DNA of 64,000 nt from Vicugna vicugna (Eukaryota): the NCBI GenBank assembly GCA_013265495.1, contig MU057701.1, forward strand, positions 1,178,001 through 1,242,000. Direction: 5' to 3'. Below, one piece after another: positions 25,393 to 38,860 of this stretch (its first letter is position 1; the number at the start of each line of letters is the position of its first letter). The translations under genes were made by a program, and so were the position numbers. The notes below the pieces were generated by a model that saw only the letters and a program-made list of their open reading frames with translations, made no database searches and was not told where the DNA came from.

Positions 25393-25473
25393 GTGCTTAA
25401 ACTTCACCCTTGTTTAGCGCCTATTAAAGTTGCTTTGGATGTGGGAAGAGGCCCAACAGTGGAACTAAGACAG
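25393..25473 (+). CDS. POLG2: POLG2 exon 6
   Basis: tttag|GTG CTT AAA CTT CAC...AGA CAG|gtgggt. Confidence 0.95.
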
Positions 25474-26694
25474 GTGGGTTAAATGAGTTTTAATGTAATG
25501 ATTTCAATTATAACCATTATTCCAAGTAAATGAGTAGTTTGCCATTTAAAGTTTTGAGTCATTTATTTTAAAAAATTTTTAAATTAAATAATGAACTGTG
25601 GATAAATACTGTGGTTAATTATAGATAATTTTAAGTATAGTATATTAAAGAAACTGAATACAATTCAGTGGATTTTGCTGTTAATGTCATTCCCAGTCAT
25701 AATTGCACTTTTTTTAAATGATTATGCATAATTTTGGTAATCAATGTATTTGTACAGTTGTCTATTGAGTTATTTCTAGCCCCCTCCCCTTTTTAACTTA
25801 ACACTTTTGATACTTGTTGGTATAAGCACAAGTTCTAGATCTGAAATCTTATTTGATTTTTGTAATCTATCTGGTCAAATTAAATACTCTTTAAAAAAAG
25901 CCAGGACCCTTTCAGCAGTCATTTCTGCCTGGGTGACTCAGACCCATTCAGAATCTGAGTGGGGACACTAGAAAGATGGACCCAGCTTTCCCCAGCTCCA
26001 GTGGAGTGGCCTGGGAGGTGCGGATCATGAGCTCAGAGAAAGGGAAGATAATGGCTTAATTTCTGCATTTCCCCCAGGGTCCTGTAGGAGGCTTCCCACC
26101 CCCTTTTGCTGTAGGTCGCAAGTTCCTAGGGTTTTTTTGCTTGAAGGTCAAAGACTCTGCTCCCTAGATTTTTGTCACTACCATTGCAGGCCTTTTTTGG
26201 TTCTGTTTTTGTTTATAAGAATATTAAGTATTTTGTGCCTTTGGTATTTTACCAAAAGAGTAGTGTTTTGTATGTCTTAATCTGTTTTTAACTTTTTCCC
26301 TCATCAGTATGACAGAGAATCCTTACGCATGAAACTTTTTGGGCTGTGCTAGAGTTTTTGTGGGTTATATACACGGGGATGGGATTTTTGGACGAAATGA
26401 ATATGTATCCTTAATTTCACTACATCAGTTGGATTGCTCTCCAGATTGGTGGCACCTGCTCGGGCTCTTCCGTGGTGTGAGGGCTCTCATTTTCCCATGT
26501 CTTCACCTGCACTTAATCATGCTTAGGGCTTTTTCGTTCCTTTTCTACCTTCTGTTAGAGCACATTGTTTTGCTGACAGCCACTAACTTACTAAAACTCA
26601 TGTTTATTTTTCCCTGTTAATTTCTTAGTTTTATTAGTATCTATATTCTCATCTATCCCAAAAATATCATGTACTTTAACACCCATTTACTTTG

Positions 26695-27025
26695 CTGTGG
26701 TCTCTCTGGGAACTTGTTAGAAATGCAAATTCTTGCCAGACCTGCTGAATCAGGAACTCTGGGGTGAGGCTGAACCACCTGTTTTCACAAGCCCTCCAGG
26801 TGATGCTGATGCTAAGTTTGAGGAACTCTAACTCAGGCACACCTCCTCACCTCGCCACCATCTCACCCCTCCCCCATTTTGCCCTTCCCCCCGGGGGCAT
26901 TTGGTAATGTCTGGGGACATTTTTGGTTGTCACAATGTCAGGGAGGGGGCTCCAGGCAGTTAATGGAGGCCAGGGATGCTGCTAAACATCCTGTGTCAGC
27001 AGTGCCAATGAGAGGAATCCTGCTT
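26695..27025. mobile_element. MER5A-like and MER20-like hAT relics
   Basis: gggaacttgttagaaatgcaaattct...caagccctccaggtgatgctgatgc; catttggtaatgtctggggacatttttggttgtcacaa...gaggccagggatgctgctaaacatcct. Confidence 0.7.
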
Positions 27026-27660
27026 TAGGGTTCTAGATTGTTTAAAATTTTTCTTTGTTTTGCTTCACCATTGTTAAAAAAAACAATAAAGTGTGCTATG
27101 TCATTTACTCATTACTTGTGTGTTTCCAGTTGGCTTTTGTCTCCAGCATTCCTCTGAAACTAATCAGTCCTTCTCTTCTTGAAACATTTTCTTAAAAAAA
27201 AAAAAAAAGAAAGAAACATATTCTTTAGTTGGCTTTAGGAGTACCACTGTCCTGGTTTTCCTCCTCCTTTTCTGGCTCCTTCGTTTCCTTCACTAGCTCT
27301 TCGTGACACTGTAGTATAACCGTAGGGCTCAGCTCTCAACTCTCAGATGAGTTTAGGGTTAACATAGCCCTTTGGACTTACCTGTATTTTTCTGATAGAA
27401 TCTGTTTTGCTTTTGTTTATTTTTGTTTTGAATAATGATAGTGATAGTAAAAATCCTTACATTTAGTATAAAATTTTCAGAGATTTGCATTTAGTATTCA
27501 GCTTTGCAGTGCTTAAGTTCTTCAGAGGAAGTGTACAATCTATAAGTATACAATATATAAATTATCAACAATATTATCATGTAATTAGAGGAATTTATGC
27601 CCATTTTAAAGATTGAAAAAGATGATTAATGGTTTCACAATAATAGGTTAATAACTCTAG

Positions 27661-27804
<144 letters not shown>

Positions 27805-29522
27805 TAAGAATTGTCTTTTTTGTCACTAAAAAATGTTTATTCAGAGATTTTGATTATGTGATGTTTCTTTATGAGTAACAGAGTTCTAAATATGTATATA
27901 TAATGTAATTTAAAATTATTCCTAACATTCCTGTTTACAGAACCACATACCCTTAGTTAATTGCTACAGCAGGGGACAAAACTCATCAGGTATATTTGAG
28001 CACATACTATGTGCAACTTCAAGACTTAAGATCATGAAGGGTGTGTACCTGAGTCTATCAGTTTATCAGGGATGGAATTATATGTATTGGATGCATTTGC
28101 TGAATCAGGACTGAGGGAAACTTGTGGTTGATTCTAAGGCTGAGTGGAAGATAAATTCCATTCCAGAGAGTAGAGAAATAGTTTTCCCAGTGATCTGCAC
28201 CTCTGTTCATCTGATTACTCAAGACTGAAACCTGGATATTGTCCTCAACTCCTCCCTCTTCCTTATTGTTCACGTCCAGTTCATCACTAACTGTTGTCAT
28301 CTTCCTAAATATAGCTCACATACACATCTCTCCATCTTCACTACCACTATAGTTAAGATCACCAGTATCTTACTCCTTAACAGGATTATTGAAATAATCT
28401 CTTAATTGATCTCCCTGTCTTTAGTCTTTTCCCTGGCTATTTTTATTAACATCTATTTTTTAATAAAGTAATTCATTCTTCCCTACTTTGGGTTTATTTT
28501 GTTGAGTTTGTTTGTTTGTTTGTTGTTTGTTTTAGCTTTTTGTGTTGAATGCAAAATATGTTGAAAACATTTTAGGTGAAAAGCTGTGAAGTTTAGTGTT
28601 TTGCTTCTCAGTTCCCTTGTAACTTGTTAAAAATACACCTTTCAGATGATGTCATAAGAAAAATAGGTCTCTATAGATAAAGCAGCTGATGATTTTATCA
28701 TGTATAAAACAAAGGGATGCTTGAACTTTCTAGTGTTCTCATGCTCTAAAATCTTATCCTTTGAGTCATGTGAACATTGTCAAGTTACAGTTGTTCTTTA
28801 TATGGTAAAAGCTTTATTGTCCCAGGATATTTTTATCCAGATATTTACTAAGCACCTACTATGTTTCATGTACGTTGATATAGCAGTAAACAAGCCAGAA
28901 ACGTTTCGTGTTTTCATGAAGCTTATATTCTAGTGGGACAAAATAGATGATAGACAAATAAATAGATGAATAAGAAAATTTCCGGTGGAGTCCTACAAAG
29001 AAAAGGAATGTTAATGAGATAATGTGACTGGGTAAACAGAAAGAAGGCCAATGTGGAGTATATTTATTTAGTTATTGCTGAACTAGAAACTATAAGTTAC
29101 TAAATTTTATATTAAGCATGATTTTGGTGTAATTTGTTGTGCACTGATCTTAATATTATAGTAGTATTGGAAGAAAGTTTAGTCTAACATAATTTTCTTG
29201 GATTGTATTCAAGTACCAAAAGTCTGAGGTCATTCTGAGGTTCATCCATACTGTCACTCCAAATGGTGTGTTTAGGTACCAGTGTTTATTTCTGTTTTTA
29301 TTTTCTTTTATGAGTTTCCAGCTATTACAATAAGAAGTCAGAAACCTTCTGAAAATTTTACTTTGACAGTTCAGAAGCTTGAAAAATGTGTTTATGGGTT
29401 CTGCTCTCAAGCCCTGCTTTTGAACTTTGTGAATGTTGAAAGTGGCATCGACTCTAAAGTAACTAAAGCTGGTAGTGTGCTGAATTTACAGTTTATATTT
29501 GTGCTCATGTTATTTCAGTTAA

Positions 29523-29705
<183 letters not shown>

Positions 29706-29721
29706 ACTTCAATGTTTGTAT

Positions 29722-29727
29722 AATAAA
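29722..29727 (+). terminator. POLG2: POLG2 poly(A) signal (very short 3' UTR)
   Basis: AATAAA 16 nt after TAG, with U-rich sequence downstream. Confidence 0.7.
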
Positions 29728-29849
29728 TATTCTCCTTTCCTATTCTGGTTGTCTTAGATTTTTCTTTAGCCCCTTTGCACTTATGAAGTGCATGTTTTTG
29801 GTGCTTTTTTAAACTTAGTTTTTATTATTTGTATTTCTTCATGTATTTC

Positions 29850-30405
29850 ATGGTATCAGGAGTATGTTGAGCTATAGGAAACAAAACTACTGCTATACTG
29901 GATTAAGCAAATTAGAGTTTGTTTTCCTCATAACAAGAAATTGAGGGGGTAGACTGTCAGGGCTGGTACAGTTGTTTCCTCTGTGGTAGTTAGGGACTGA
30001 GGCTCTTGCTGTCTTTCTGTTCCACCATCTTTAGTATGTTGGCTTTTATCTTTATGCTTGTTGCTTCTTGGTCACAAGGTGATTGCTAGATTGTTAGCCT
30101 TCTCTTCCATACCTACTTAGGAAGAAAATCAGAGACAAGAGCTGGACAGCCAAGACTCTTCCCTTTTTAATTAGCAAAGTAAAAGCTTTCCCAGACATCC
30201 TTATCAGAAGACTTACTTACATTTTAATTATCAGAACTGAGTCACATGGTCATTCCTAGGCCAGCCATTGTCCAAGGAAGTGAGAATACCATGATTAATT
30301 TGGACCAAGCACAGTTTATCCCTTGGGGCCACAATAGTGTCTTATCCTCTCTGAAATGGGTTTTGTTATCAGCAAAGAAGAGGTCTTTATGGAGTCTGCC
30401 ACATG
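29850..30405. mobile_element. MLT1-type (MaLR) LTR relic (approximate)
   Basis: ctcataacaagaaattgagggggtagactgtcagggctggta...cagaactgagtcacatggtcattcctag. Confidence 0.55.
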
Positions 30406-30719
30406 TATGCTGTCCAATATGAAAGATTAACCTAAAACTAAATCTTTAATAATTGTAACATTTATTGATTTTTTAAAAAGCAAGCTAAAAGAAATGTTGA
30501 ATGGCATAACCTTGTATTACATACTATTTCATGTCTGATTATAATAGATATGTTTGTAAGAAATCTTTGAACTTTATGTGCTGATTGTGTTTGTGTTATA
30601 CTGTTACCAACCTGACAAAAATTCCAGCTGATAATTTGTGCAAAATGTCTTGAAATGTTGGCTAACTTGTCTCAGTTGACTTTACTTCATAGGTTTTTAC
30701 TTTAGGGTTATTATTTTTT

Positions 30720-32200
30720 GTTTTGGAGGAGAATTTCAAACCCAAACATATGCCAAATAGTACAATTAACCCCGTGTACCTGTCACTCACCACCAACAGC
30801 CATCAGCCCGTGCCCAGTCTTGCCTCACCCTCCCAACACCACCCTGCCATATTATTTTGAAACAGATTGCAGCTGTCATCTCATTTGTAACTATTTTAGT
30901 TAAGACTCTTGTTAACCATTCTCACACATAAAATTAACACTTGGTAATACTAAGGAATTATTGACAATTTCCTTGGGTGTGATAATGGTATTATGGTTTT
31001 ATCTTTCTTTTTAAAAAGTCCTTATCTGATAGAAGCACATACCTAAAATATTTTTGAGTAAAATTGTATTATCTAAGACTTGCTTTTAAATTTAGCATAA
31101 AAAAGAGTGGTGGAATATAGATGAAAAATAATAGTGCTGAGTTGTTGAAGCTGAGTAATGGGTACATGGGGGTGCATTGTACTGTTTCTTTTTGTGTGTG
31201 TTTGAGGATTTTAATAATAAAATTTTTTAAAATACCAATTCTTTAATGTCAGATATCCACTCAGTTTCCGGTTGTCTCATAATGTTGTACTGTTTGTTTG
31301 AATCAGGATCCAAATAAGGCCCTTTAATTGAAGTTGGTTGTTAGGTCTTTAACTAGGTCTTTAGTCTCTCTTATCCTGTAGATTTCAGCTCTCTCATTTG
31401 CTTGCACACTCTGTCTCTCTCTTTCCGGCTTTTTTTGTAAGATATTTGAGTTTATTGTTTTCTACTGTTTGGATTTTGCTTATTGTATCTTCTTGGTATA
31501 GTTTACCCTGTTCTTCTCTGTATATTTCCTATAGATTGGAAATTTAATCAAGAGGCTTGATCAACTTCAAGTTCAGTATTCGGGGGGCAAGGTTGTCTTA
31601 TAGATTGTGTTCTCCTGTCAGGAAGCAGTAAATGTCTGGTTATTTCTCTCTGGGGGATGCTAGCAATTATTGACCGACGCCTAAATCAGTCAGTTCATTA
31701 GAGGTGGCAAAACGGTGATATTCTGATTCTATCTTCCTTCTTTATTTATTAGCTAGAATACTTGTATAAAGAAAAGCATCTCATCTACCGTTTGCCTGGC
31801 GTATGGGAAAGGTGGAAGAATTGTTAGATTCGTCCCTTTTAGAGTTACTCTTTTTCATGCACAAATTGTCCTATCTTTGGCTACTAGGAGCCTCTTCAAG
31901 TTGGCCTCGAGTCCTTTTGACACAACTTCAGTAGTCCTTGCTAGCATCCTTGGTATCTAATATAGAGATTGTATATTTCAGAGTTTTCTCCAAGGAGCCC
32001 TGCTCCAAGGAGCCCTGGTTCCTTTTATTGGAAAACTGGAGACCATACTCTTGAGTGCCAAGGGTGCTCATTGTTAGAAGGCAGACTTTGTTTCTAGGCC
32101 TTTATAGTGTTCAGAGCTAGCAAATGTATGTGTGTATGTGTGTGTGTATACTCCCCCCCAATTAAAAAATGCATCATGAATTTATCAATACCTTCAATTC
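30720..32200. mobile_element. Old L1MC-like fragments (approximate)
   Basis: ttgtttgaatcaggatccaaataagg; caaattgtcctatctttggctactaggagcctcttcaagttggc. Confidence 0.55.
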
Positions 32201-32217
32201 AAATTCAGGACCACAGA

Positions 32218-32242
32218 GTGTGTGTGTGTGTGTGTGTGTGTG
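32218..32242. repeat. (GT)12 microsatellite
   Basis: Read directly. Confidence 0.9.
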
Positions 32243-33339
32243 AGTGTGAATTAGCTTTATTGGGATATGATTTACATACAGTAAATTTATCTATTTTAAA
32301 TGTACAAATTATGAACTTTTACAGATGTGTAACCACCACCACAGTGACAATCTAGAACATTTCCATCATCTCCAAAAAGCCCCCTTATGTCCCATTAGGA
32401 CTTCAGGGTTTTTGCTCACACATTTTTATCTCCTCCCACACCAGAAATCCCAATTCTCGAGAATGCTGATGGTGATAAAATTAGAATGCCAGGCCACACA
32501 GCTGTGCCTTTGCTATATTTCACCTTAACCACAGCACTCTCAGAACTGCAATACCAATATTATCTCCATGTAGCCACTTAAAAGTTTAAATTTCAATTTT
32601 GCAGTTTGGGTACAATATTTATTTATAATATAACCGTGAGAATCTAAAAATTTTTTTAAATTATTTTTCTGAAGAAAATCTCAGCCCTGCCCACAGGTAC
32701 CTTTATTTAAGGTACTTTGTTTTCTTAGGGGCCTCAGACTTCACAGGAGGATTGTGTTCCTGATCTCAGGTCAGCTGAACTGCACTAACTGGCAACAGAA
32801 TGTTTACACTACAGTTGAGGTAAGTAATGTTGATGGAGGATTATCCAGATCAGAGTTGTCCGACTGGGTTTACAATCAGAATCTCCTGTGGAGCTTTATA
32901 AAAAATAAGTATATTTGAGCCCTATCCCAGACAGACCTACTATTTCTTTTAACAGTGGGGCCCATATAAGTATATTTTAAAATATTTACGAGTCCAGGTT
33001 TCTGATGTTCTCCCCAGTAGTAAATATTAAATTTATCAGAAAGCTGCATACCTAGATGGTATTGTTTTCACAGAACTTCCCTCCGACTCAATTACTTTTA
33101 ACAAATTTTCTTTTACCAAATGCCCTTAGGTATTACACCACACCAGTATGTATTGAAAGATGTTATTAGAAGTAGCTCTATGAAACTCACTCTTGAGTTA
33201 GCCATAAGAATGTTCTTAAAGATACTTATTTGCTATGTTATACAGTGTCTTCCTATGAGGAAGCATGGGAGAAATTGCTCTTAGATTTAAATGCCAATAA
33301 TAGTTATGCTTCTCCTCAGGCTGGTCTGTTATTATGTGT

Positions 33340-33920
33340 GTCATGTATCTATTCATTTGGTTTATTCACAAAGGCTTTCTGAGCACCCAGTTCCCAGGGA
33401 CTCCCAGTGCTGGGGATGTAATGGTGAACAAAATAGACAAGACCCTTCTAGGGGTGGGCAGGTGGGAACAAACAATAAGCAAGTAAGTGCTTGGACAGTT
33501 TCAGGTAATTGTAGGTAGTGATGTGCTATGAAATAGCACAGGATGATGAGGGTAGTTAGTGTGCTTTACATGGAAGATCAGGAAAGTCTCTGAGGACATG
33601 ACCTGTTGGCCGAGACTGAGTGATGTGAAGGAACCAGCTGTGTGAAGATCTGGGGCAGCACATTCTGGGTAGAAGGAAATAGTAAGTGCCAAGGCCTTAG
33701 GAGGAAAAAGGCGTGGAGTGAGCAAGAAATACCAAGCAGGCCAGAGCAGAGGGGAGAAGGGGAGAAGATGAGGTGGTCAGAGCCCACATTGCTTACAAAT
33801 ATGGGGGCCACAATAAGGAGTTAGAAGGCAGGAGGTGGAGAACGGTTTGAGCAGAGAAGGGACATACTATTATTTGGAAAAGATCGCTGTGGAGAGTGGA
33901 GTGTAGAGGAGCAGAATGGA
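33340..33920 (-). mobile_element. L2 fragment (approximate)
   Basis: attcatttggtttattcacaaa...gagcacc...cagcacattctgggtagaaggaaatagtaagtgccaaggcct. Confidence 0.65.
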
Positions 33921-34463
33921 AGCGGGGAGACCTGCTACGGGCTCTGACAGTGCCCTTCCTAGGCCTGGCGAGAGGAGCCCCTGCCCTGGGCCCTGCTCTG
34001 GCCCTTCTCCAGCTGTGCCTTTCCCCATGGGATATGGGAGAGGCCAAAGAGACATACTTAGAGGTCACTGTAATCCTTTGGTGTCTAATTGTTCGAGCCT
34101 TTAAGTTTATGTACTACCCGAGATCTCAGTTACTATCTCTGGTGGTGTGCACTGAGGAAGGTCAAAGGCAAGGCATTAGTCCATGTCCCTCCAGGGCAGT
34201 AAATGAGAAAGACAGAAACATGGGCTTCCTCTGGTCAAGTCCACACTTTACATCGCTCAGGAGAAGCAGCACTGAGAGAAGGCAGTCTCCTTAGGTTGTA
34301 ATCCCCCAGCCCTGGGAGCAGAAGGGGCAGAAGGGACAAATGCTTGAAGGCAGCTGGTCAGAGCACACCTGTTTGCAGCTCTTCATCCTAGCAAGATTTC
34401 TTGCTGCCCTGGTGTTACCTTGCAGATACTACCTTTTCCCAGTTCCCTATTGGCTTGTTGGCC

Positions 34464-34503
34464 CCTTCCTTCCTTCCTTCCTTCCTTCCTTCCTTCCTTC
34501 CTT
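34464..34503. repeat. (CCTT)10 microsatellite
   Basis: Read directly; adjacent to a SINE tail. Confidence 0.9.
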
Positions 34504-34510
34504 GTTTTAG

Positions 34511-34612
34511 GTTTATTTATTTTATTTATTTATTAGTGGAGGTGCTGGGGATTGAACCCAGGACCTCATGCGTGTTAAGCAGGCACTCTACTGCTGAGCT
34601 ATACTCTTCCCC
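34511..34612 (-). mobile_element. tRNA-derived SINE (Vic-1-like)
   Basis: Same family as 10200, with A and B boxes and an (AAAT)n tail. Confidence 0.8.
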
Positions 34613-35204
34613 TTCTCCTTGGCCTTTTTCTTAATGGTTTGTGAGAACTCATTGTATATTGTGGAACTTCATACTTTATTGCAGACGTGGGCGCAAAAAT
34701 ATTTTCCCCTAGTTTTTCTTTTGACTTAGTTTATGATTTTGAATGTAATTTTTAAATGTTTCATCAAATTAAACCATCATTTATGTCTTCTGGATTGTGG
34801 GTCATATCTTGAAAAGACTTTCCGTCTTAAAGATTATTATAGAATTCCTCCTGTTTTATTCTAGCATTCCTGTGCCTTTATTTTAAGTATTTTAATATTT
34901 GAGCTATCTGAATTTATTTTGTAAAGAATGACTTCCAATGTATTAAATGTGGTTCTCAAGTTTTTACAGTATGTGGAATAACCCATCTTTTCCTCATTGA
35001 TGTAAAATGCCGTATTTTTCATATATTAAACTCCCATATGTATTTAGATCTATATCTGGACTTTTTGTCCTGTTACATCTACAGTTTTCTACTAGTCCAG
35101 CCATATATAAATACCACACTTTCAAAATCACGGTAACTTTATCTGTTTTCAAACCTTAAACACCTCTCTGTCTTCCTTTCCCTCCTTCCCTCTCTCTTTC
35201 TCTT

Positions 35205-35205
<1 letters not shown>

Positions 35206-35238
<33 letters not shown>
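35206..35238. repeat. (CT)n(AC)n compound microsatellite
   Basis: Read directly. Confidence 0.9.
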
Positions 35239-35669
35239 GTTTATTCATGTTTCTTGAATCCCACACCCTTTCTCATCAAGTATATCATGTAGTTCTTCCA
35301 GTGTGAATGAGAATGGAGAAACCTCCTTGTCCATCTTTGTCTTAAAAAGTCTTTATTTCCCCCTCAGTCTTGATTGATATTTTGGCTAGTGTGGTAGCTA
35401 TTTTGATTGGCTTTCTTAAGCCACATCGTAACCCTCCTTCTGTTTGGTGGGGTCAGAAACAACACGATTCCCCTGCTGTCAGGGTGTGGCTGTGAATGTC
35501 TTCCAGCAATTAGATGCACTCACCTAGGACCTGAAAAGTGGAAGGGAGTGGTACCTTTCACTGCAAAGCCAGTGTCTGCGGTGACAGAGCTCCACACTCC
35601 ACTGAGCTCCAGTTTCTGGGGGCAGCAGCTGTGGCAGAGGCAGCAGCGATGACAGTAGCCACAGTAGTT

Positions 35670-37500
35670 CTCTGGTCTCCATATTGTAAGAAATGGAAAA
35701 GAATTTAGCAAGGTTGTGGGTACAAAGTCAACCAAGAAAAATGGTTGTGTTTCTACATATAAACAACATGAAGGAAAAATACAACTTACAATAGCATCAG
35801 AATATCAAGTACTTAGGACTAAATCTAACAAAAGATGTGCGAGATGTTTATGCAGAAAATGATAAACTGCTATTGAGAGAACTGAAGAAGGCATAAACAA
35901 ATGTTGAGATACTTTTAGTTTGGAAAACTCAGTATTGTTAAAATGTTATTTCTCCTCAAATTGACCTACAAATTCAATACAATGTCAATCAAAATCCCTA
36001 CTGTGTTAATTTTTTTCTTTAAGACAATAACAAGCAGACTCTAAAATTTATATGGAAATGGAAAAGGTCAAGAATAGTTAAGACATCCTCACAAAGAACA
36101 AGGTGGGAAAATCGCTCCTCCAGCTATCACAGTGTATTGGAAAGCTGAGTATGGTATTGACACAAGAGACAGAACAATGAAGCAGAATCCAAAGCCCAGA
36201 AAGAAACCCACATGGATATGAACATTTGATTTGTGACAAAGATGACACTACATTTTAGTCGGGAAAGGACAGTCTTCTCAGTAAATAGTGCTGGAGCAAC
36301 GGGGTATATCCATTCAGGGGAGGAGAAAGAAGTATGATGCCAATTTCACATCACACAAACAATTCCAAATGGATGGAACCTGAAATCTGAAAATCAACTA
36401 AATAAGCCTTGAGTAGGTAGTAATGTAGGGTAATACTTGTGTGACCTCAAATTGAGAAATATTTCTTCATGTGGACATATATACACAAAAAACAATAATC
36501 ATAAAGGAAAAGGCAGACACATTAAGTCCTTAAAATTTCATCAAAAGTTACCATAAAGAAAATGAAAAATCAAGGTACAGAGTAGGAGGACGACTATTAA
36601 AAAAATAAGAAAAGGTCAAAACAGCTCAGTAGAAAAACAGACTTGGTACCTCAAAATAAGCATTTCATAAAAGAAGAGATCCAAATGACCTATGAATATA
36701 GGAGATACCCACAAGAATGGTTAATCTAAAACCGCAGTGCCAGCGTTGGTGAAGATATCGGGGAATGGGAGCGTCCAACTGCTCAACTGGCTGATAATGC
36801 TATTTGTACCACTTGGATTTCAGCTCAGCTTAAGGAATGGGAGCGTCCAACTGCTCATGGGAATAGAAAGGTGGTAAACCGACTTTAGAAGAAAATATGG
36901 CATTATCTACTTGGACTGGAGATAAACGTCCCCCGTTTCCCAGTACTTCTACTCCTATGTATAATCAACATAATTGCGTACACATGGGAACCAGGAGCTG
37001 CATTCATAGCATAAGGGCATAGCTGCATTAATAGACCCAAGCTGACAACAACCCAAATGTCTGTCAGCTGTAGAATAGATATATTATAGTATATTCAGAC
37101 ACAGAAATGCTATTTAGCAAGGAAAAGACATGAATTACAACTAGATGCAGCAACATGAATAAATCTCACAGATACAATGTTGAGCAAAAAGAGCCAGACA
37201 GGAGAATAAATGCTATACAATTCCATTTATTTAAATTCAAAAACAGGCAAAACTTAAAGTGTTGCCTAGGAATGCGTAGTTAGGTTATAAAACTATAAAG
37301 AAAAGTGAAGGTGTGATTCCCATAAAAGAGGAGTTAAATTGGGGAGATGGGGTTGTGATTGGGAAGAGCCATGCAGAAGGTTTCTGTGCTGCTGGCAATA
37401 TTTCATCACTGGTGTTCACTTGATATAATTTATCAAGCTGTATATAGATATTTTTGTGCATTTCCAGATAGTGTATGCTCTATTTCACAACAACAAAAAA
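35670..37500 (+). mobile_element. Old L1 (L1ME/L1MC-like) ORF2 3' part and 3' UTR
   Basis: gaatttagcaaggttgtgggtacaaagtcaac; ctaaaatttatatggaaatgg; acaacccaaatgtctgtca; heavily decayed. Confidence 0.75.
36762..36857. repeat. Perfect 24-bp direct repeat flanking a 48-bp insert
   Basis: GGAATGGGAGCGTCCAACTGCTCA at 36762-36785 and 36834-36857. Confidence 0.95.
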
Positions 37501-38009
37501 ATTTAAAGAATATGTGGATTTGTAAAAAAACCAAAGTGAAACTTCTAGACATGAAAAAAACCTAACTATTGAAACGAGAACTCATTAGATCCTCTTCCCA
37601 TTCCTTTTCCTCTTCCTCTTCTAAACAATTTAATCCAAAACCATGGGGCTGAATGTCTGTGCAGAGGGTAGCCACAGTAAGTCGAGGTGAGTAAGGACTA
37701 CGTGAGGATAAGTACACAAAGCACTTAACAGTACCTGGAACCTGGTATGTGCTCAGCCCATGGCAGTTAATACTTTTGTTGTTATAGTTGTTACAAAGGA
37801 AATGAGAGAGGGCATAGCAGCCACCAACCACATCCTCTGGGCCTCACCTGCATCTGAGGCCTCACTCACTTTCTGTTGACAGTTTCCTGCTTCAAGTGTA
37901 CAACGCATATCCAACATTTTCTGCCCGGGGCTTTTCAGTGCCCTGGGAGAGATGCCAGTGGAAGCCCACTTGGAATGCCCACATGCACAGCCTAGAAGTG
38001 GGGGAAGAA

Positions 38010-38130
38010 GAGGAGGGTATAGCTCAAGTGGTAGAGTGCATGCTTAGCATGCATGAGGTCCTGGGTTCAATCCCCAGTACCTCCATTAAATAAATAAATC
38101 TAATTACCTTCCCCCAAGAAAAAAAAAAAA
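38010..38130 (+). mobile_element. tRNA-derived SINE (Vic-1-like)
   Basis: GAGGGTATAGCTCAAGTGGTAGAG...GGTTCAATCCCCAGTACCTCC with a poly(A) tail; aagtgggg on both flanks. Confidence 0.85.
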
Positions 38131-38860
38131 GTGGGGTAAGCATTGCCTCACAGCAGCTCCATGGTGTAGATGTTATTTCTCTCTCTCCTCCTCCTCCCCC
38201 ACATCTCTTCTAATGAGGAAACTGAAGCCCAGAGAGTTTAAGTAACTTACCCAGAGTCACACAGTTAGTACATGACTAAGCCTGGATTATGCTCAGTCTG
38301 ACTCCAGAGCCCCTACACTCTTACCCTCTATGATATACCGATTTCCTCCAAATAAATGTATCAACAGAGAAAAGGGGGAAAATATGCTCACGAATGCTGC
38401 TTTATGACAACACATTCCTCAGATTCATCTGGACCTGTGTGTGCAGTATCCCTTCCCCCCATGAAGATGCATTCCCATAGCCAGTGCTTCTGCAGTTCTT
38501 TGCTGGGATTTAAGTCCCAGTTCAACCACTTACCAAGGTGGGAGTGACCTTGTAAAATAAACTACCCCATCTGAGCCTAAGTTTCCTTACCTGTAAAAGC
38601 AAATTGATAATATTGGCCTTGTAGGATGTTACACAGAGTTAGTGTCTAATAGCTGATAGCTATGATTTTTCTAGTCAGAGATCCATTGTTGGGAAGACTG
38701 AAGACAGGTTCAGGCACCCCCCCTCAAGAAGAGCCAAGCAGAAAAATTGGGGCCAAGTTATTTTGTTTGTCTGGAAGCCCAGAAATGTCTCCTGGTTTTT
38801 ATTGGACTTTACTTATAACTCCTAGGTTGAGAGATTCAAACCAGAAATTATTTTGTCCCC

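Noticed and set aside
33793..34294. Overlapping 61-132 aa ORFs between POLG2 and MILR1
   Set aside because: They overlap an L2 relic and a GC-rich patch, with no recognisable protein
36762..36857. Repeat-spacer-repeat unit (24/48/24) resembling CRISPR
   Set aside because: Only two repeats, no cas genes, and it lies inside a mammalian L1; better explained as a duplication flanking an insertion
38010..38085. tRNA-like sequences with A and B boxes (also at 10200, 34511 and 53591)
   Set aside because: They have A-rich tails, TSDs and divergence between copies, so they are SINEs rather than tRNA genes
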